A stretch of DNA of 42,383 nt from Candidatus Parcubacteria bacterium (GTDB lineage: Bacteria > Patescibacteriota > Minisyncoccia > Phycocordibacterales > Phycocordibacteraceae). Position numbers and translations under genes: made by a program. Where the stretch lies: the NCBI GenBank assembly GCA_024654305.1, contig JANLIU010000014.1, positions 1 to 42,383 on the forward strand, read 5' to 3'. The notes beneath the pieces are model-generated. The model was not told the DNA's origin. It did not search any database and saw only the letters and a program-made list of their open reading frames with translations. This document shows, in pieces, positions 40,920-42,383 of the stretch. Position 1 is the stretch's first letter; each line of letters starts with the position of its first letter.

Positions 40920-41777
40920 TTAATCCTTGACGGTAACCGGCGTCCCAAGGTCAGCCCATTCGTAGAGGAGCTCGGCAGCCGCAGGCGGCAGGTTCACGCA
41001 TCCGTGCGACCATGGTTGGCCGAAATTGTTGTGCCAGTAGGCACCATGAATAGCACCGCCTTCATTGGTGAAGTAGAGATCCCAAGGTACGCCGGGAAGG
41101 TCATAGTACTGATCGCTCACGCCCGGAACAGGTCCTTGCATATAACTGTCGGGCATCTTGCGGTAAATCGAGAAAGTCCCGGTAGGCGTCGGCGTGAGCT
41201 CGAGACCCACCGATATCGCCTGTTCCATAAATAAGGTGTCCCCGTCATACGCGTAAAGCATCTCCTTGGCTCGGTCAATCACAATCCGCTTGGTGTTCAA
41301 CGCCTTTGCTTGGGTCGTTGTCGCAAGCATCCCTGAGTCGTAGAAGAGCCGTGCATAGTCCCCCGCGACGTACCAATCGCTCTTTACGCGTTCTGGGTAA
41401 TGCACCTCCCCATCGAAGCCAATTTTGTACCAGGTGCGGCCGTCTACCACTGTCGTACTCGCCACCTTCAGCACCATATTCGTACGCAATTGCATCACTA
41501 CGGGATAACTCGTTCCCGGCCCCGAGCGTAGATTGACGCAGGTTCCCGCGTAGGCCCAGTTACAGCTGTCATCGATCTCGATATAGGGATTTCCGGTGGG
41601 CGTCGCGAGTACGGGGACGGGGGCGGGTTCGCCCCACGACTCGATAGATGCCACCACGGCCGATTGCTGAGGAGGAACACCGCGTCCGATCTTCCACACT
41701 CGGAAGAGCGCAAAGGAGAGGGCCCATAAAAGGAGAGCGATGAGAATCACTCGTTGTTGCGTCAGAGAAGAGAACAT
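40920..41777 (-). CDS. L,D-transpeptidase (YkuD domain) with an SH3b-like domain
   Basis: It has a TM anchor. VNLRSGPGTSYPVVMQL..DGRTWYKI is SH3b-like. The catalytic block is GGAIHGAYWHNNFGQPWSHGCVNL (H..SHGC). Confidence 0.8.
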   Translation of the reverse strand: MFSSLTQQRVILIALLLWALSFALFRVWKIGRGVPPQQSAVVASIESWGEPAPVPVLATPTGNPYIEIDDSCNWAYAGTCVNLRSGPGTSYPVVMQLRTNMVLKVASTTVVDGRTWYKIGFDGEVHYPERVKSDWYVAGDYARLFYDSGMLATTTQAKALNTKRIVIDRAKEMLYAYDGDTLFMEQAISVGLELTPTPTGTFSIYRKMPDSYMQGPVPGVSDQYYDLPGVPWDLYFTNEGGAIHGAYWHNNFGQPWSHGCVNLPPAAAELLYEWADLGTPVTVKD

Positions 41778-41841
41778 ACCTGCGTATTATAACTTTATAC
41801 TGGGTTCGTCAAATCACGTTCCCAATCACCTCACTTACGGG

Positions 41842-41912
41842 CTGCGGGACTTGGACTCGAACCAAGATAAATAGATCCAGAATCTATTGTCCTACCATTA
41901 GACGATCCCGCA
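41842..41912 (-). tRNA. tRNA-Gln (anticodon CUG)
   Basis: The reverse strand gives TGCGGGA-TC-GTCT-AATGGTA-GGAC-A-ATAGA-TTCTGGA-TCTAT-TTAT-CTTGG-TTCGAGT-CCAAG-TCCCGCA-G. The U1-A72 pair and G73 match E. coli tRNA-Gln. Confidence 0.85.
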
Positions 41913-42013
41913 ATGGCGCGGCGCGAAGCGCCACGCACTTCCTGCACGATACTGGAAATCTCGAGTTTATTCAACACAAGGAGAAGGACCAATGAAAGGC
42001 GTATGATGGTGAG

Positions 42014-42271
42014 ATGTATTTCGTATACCTCATTGAGTGTAAAGACGGCTCTTTGTATACCGGCATCACCACCGATGTTGCGCGGCGTTTCAGGGAGCAT
42101 AAGAGCGGGAGCGGCGGCCATTACACGAGCGCGAAAAAAGCCGTGAAGGTTGTGTACACCGAGCAACGTCCGGACAGGTCGTCGGCCTCCAAAAGAGAAT
42201 CAGAAATAAAAAGCTGGCCCAGAGAAAAGAAACTGAATTTGATAAAATCAAAAAATCGTAAATACAGCTGA
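42014..42271 (+). CDS. GIY-YIG nuclease family protein (UPF0213/YhbQ-like)
   Basis: 85 aa. YFVYLIECKDGSLYTGITTDVARRFREH is the GIY-YIG motif, and a conserved Glu lies in KRESEIK. Confidence 0.8.
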   Translation: MYFVYLIECKDGSLYTGITTDVARRFREHKSGSGGHYTSAKKAVKVVYTEQRPDRSSASKRESEIKSWPREKKLNLIKSKNRKYS

Positions 42272-42276
42272 CCAAG

Positions 42277-42305
42277 TTGACACCACTTCTATAGCAGGTT
42301 AGTAT
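42277..42305 (+). promoter_or_regulatory. Candidate promoter at the right edge of the window
   Basis: TTGACA (42277-42282), a 17-nt spacer, then TAGTAT (42300-42305). It is followed by the hairpin ATCGAC-tcgcaagg-GTCGAT and TTTT. The downstream target is cut off by the window end. Confidence 0.35.
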
Positions 42306-42383
42306 GGGTTCAATCGACTCGCAAGGGTCGATTTTGCATTTAGGGAAGGCAACCACATTGATCTTTACTCACAAGAGAGGGGA

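Noticed and set aside
1-42383. CRISPR array, cas genes, or another regularly spaced repeat array
   Set aside because: I saw no series of three or more evenly spaced direct repeats. The repeats found are a single 17-nt pair, a 16-nt pair, a 34-nt paralogous gene tail and two palindromes.
1-42383. Alternative genetic code (UGA recoded, as in some CPR lineages)
   Set aside because: TGA terminates well-supported genes at their expected ends (the rSAM gene at 12481-12483, the histidine kinase and the cupin gene). An RF2 gene is also present. The standard bacterial code fits.

Overview
A 42.4-kb chromosomal window from a small-genome bacterium. Several traits suggest Patescibacteria/CPR (Parcubacteria-like), but this is inference only: an intron-split tRNA, cohesin/dockerin and DUF3494 surface proteins with a sortase, an lmo0937-type mini-protein, and shortened housekeeping proteins. 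The standard code applies, since TGA ends several solid genes and RF2 is present. I support about 46 CDS and 5 tRNAs: Met-CAU, Asp-GUC, Thr-GGU, Thr-CGU and Gln-CUG.

Gene blocks, left to right:
- Minus-strand lower-glycolysis operon: glycerate 2-kinase, PEP synthase, enolase.
- Polyamine genes: homospermidine synthase, AdoMet decarboxylase and a deoxyhypusine-synthase-like gene.
- A DoxX protein, a lipoprotein, a secreted hydrolase and a GNAT acetyltransferase.
- An AT-richer cassette holding an unannotated 39-aa Cys-rich peptide, a radical SAM/SPASM enzyme and an HExxH protein.
- An orphan histidine kinase and an ABC exporter.
- csoR-copA, followed by a six-gene thiol/metal membrane module.
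- A LAGLIDADG-like ORF next to a tRNA-Thr(GGU) split by a roughly 193-nt group I intron.
- A cohesin/dockerin islet bounded by a repeat of the tRNA 3' end.
- Three DUF3494 (ice-binding-like) surface-protein paralogs plus a sortase.
- prfB, ftsEX and pyrG.
- Cell-envelope genes: SanA, a C39-like peptidase and an L,D-transpeptidase.
- A GIY-YIG protein.

The best candidate for an undescribed system is the putative RiPP cassette at 10.7-13.3 kb. It has a precursor peptide with its own promoter, RBS and attenuator-like terminator, then an rSAM-SPASM maturase and an HExxH protein, all bracketed by a 17-nt direct repeat.

Other notable signals:
- Two palindromic mini-elements with the same CCCGTTAGAG/CTCTAACGGG termini, inserted in frame in two unrelated genes.
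- The intron-containing tRNA.
- Five perfect TTATCCACA 9-mers, four of them intergenic.

All calls rest on reading the sequence and on motif-level recognition. No database search was run.
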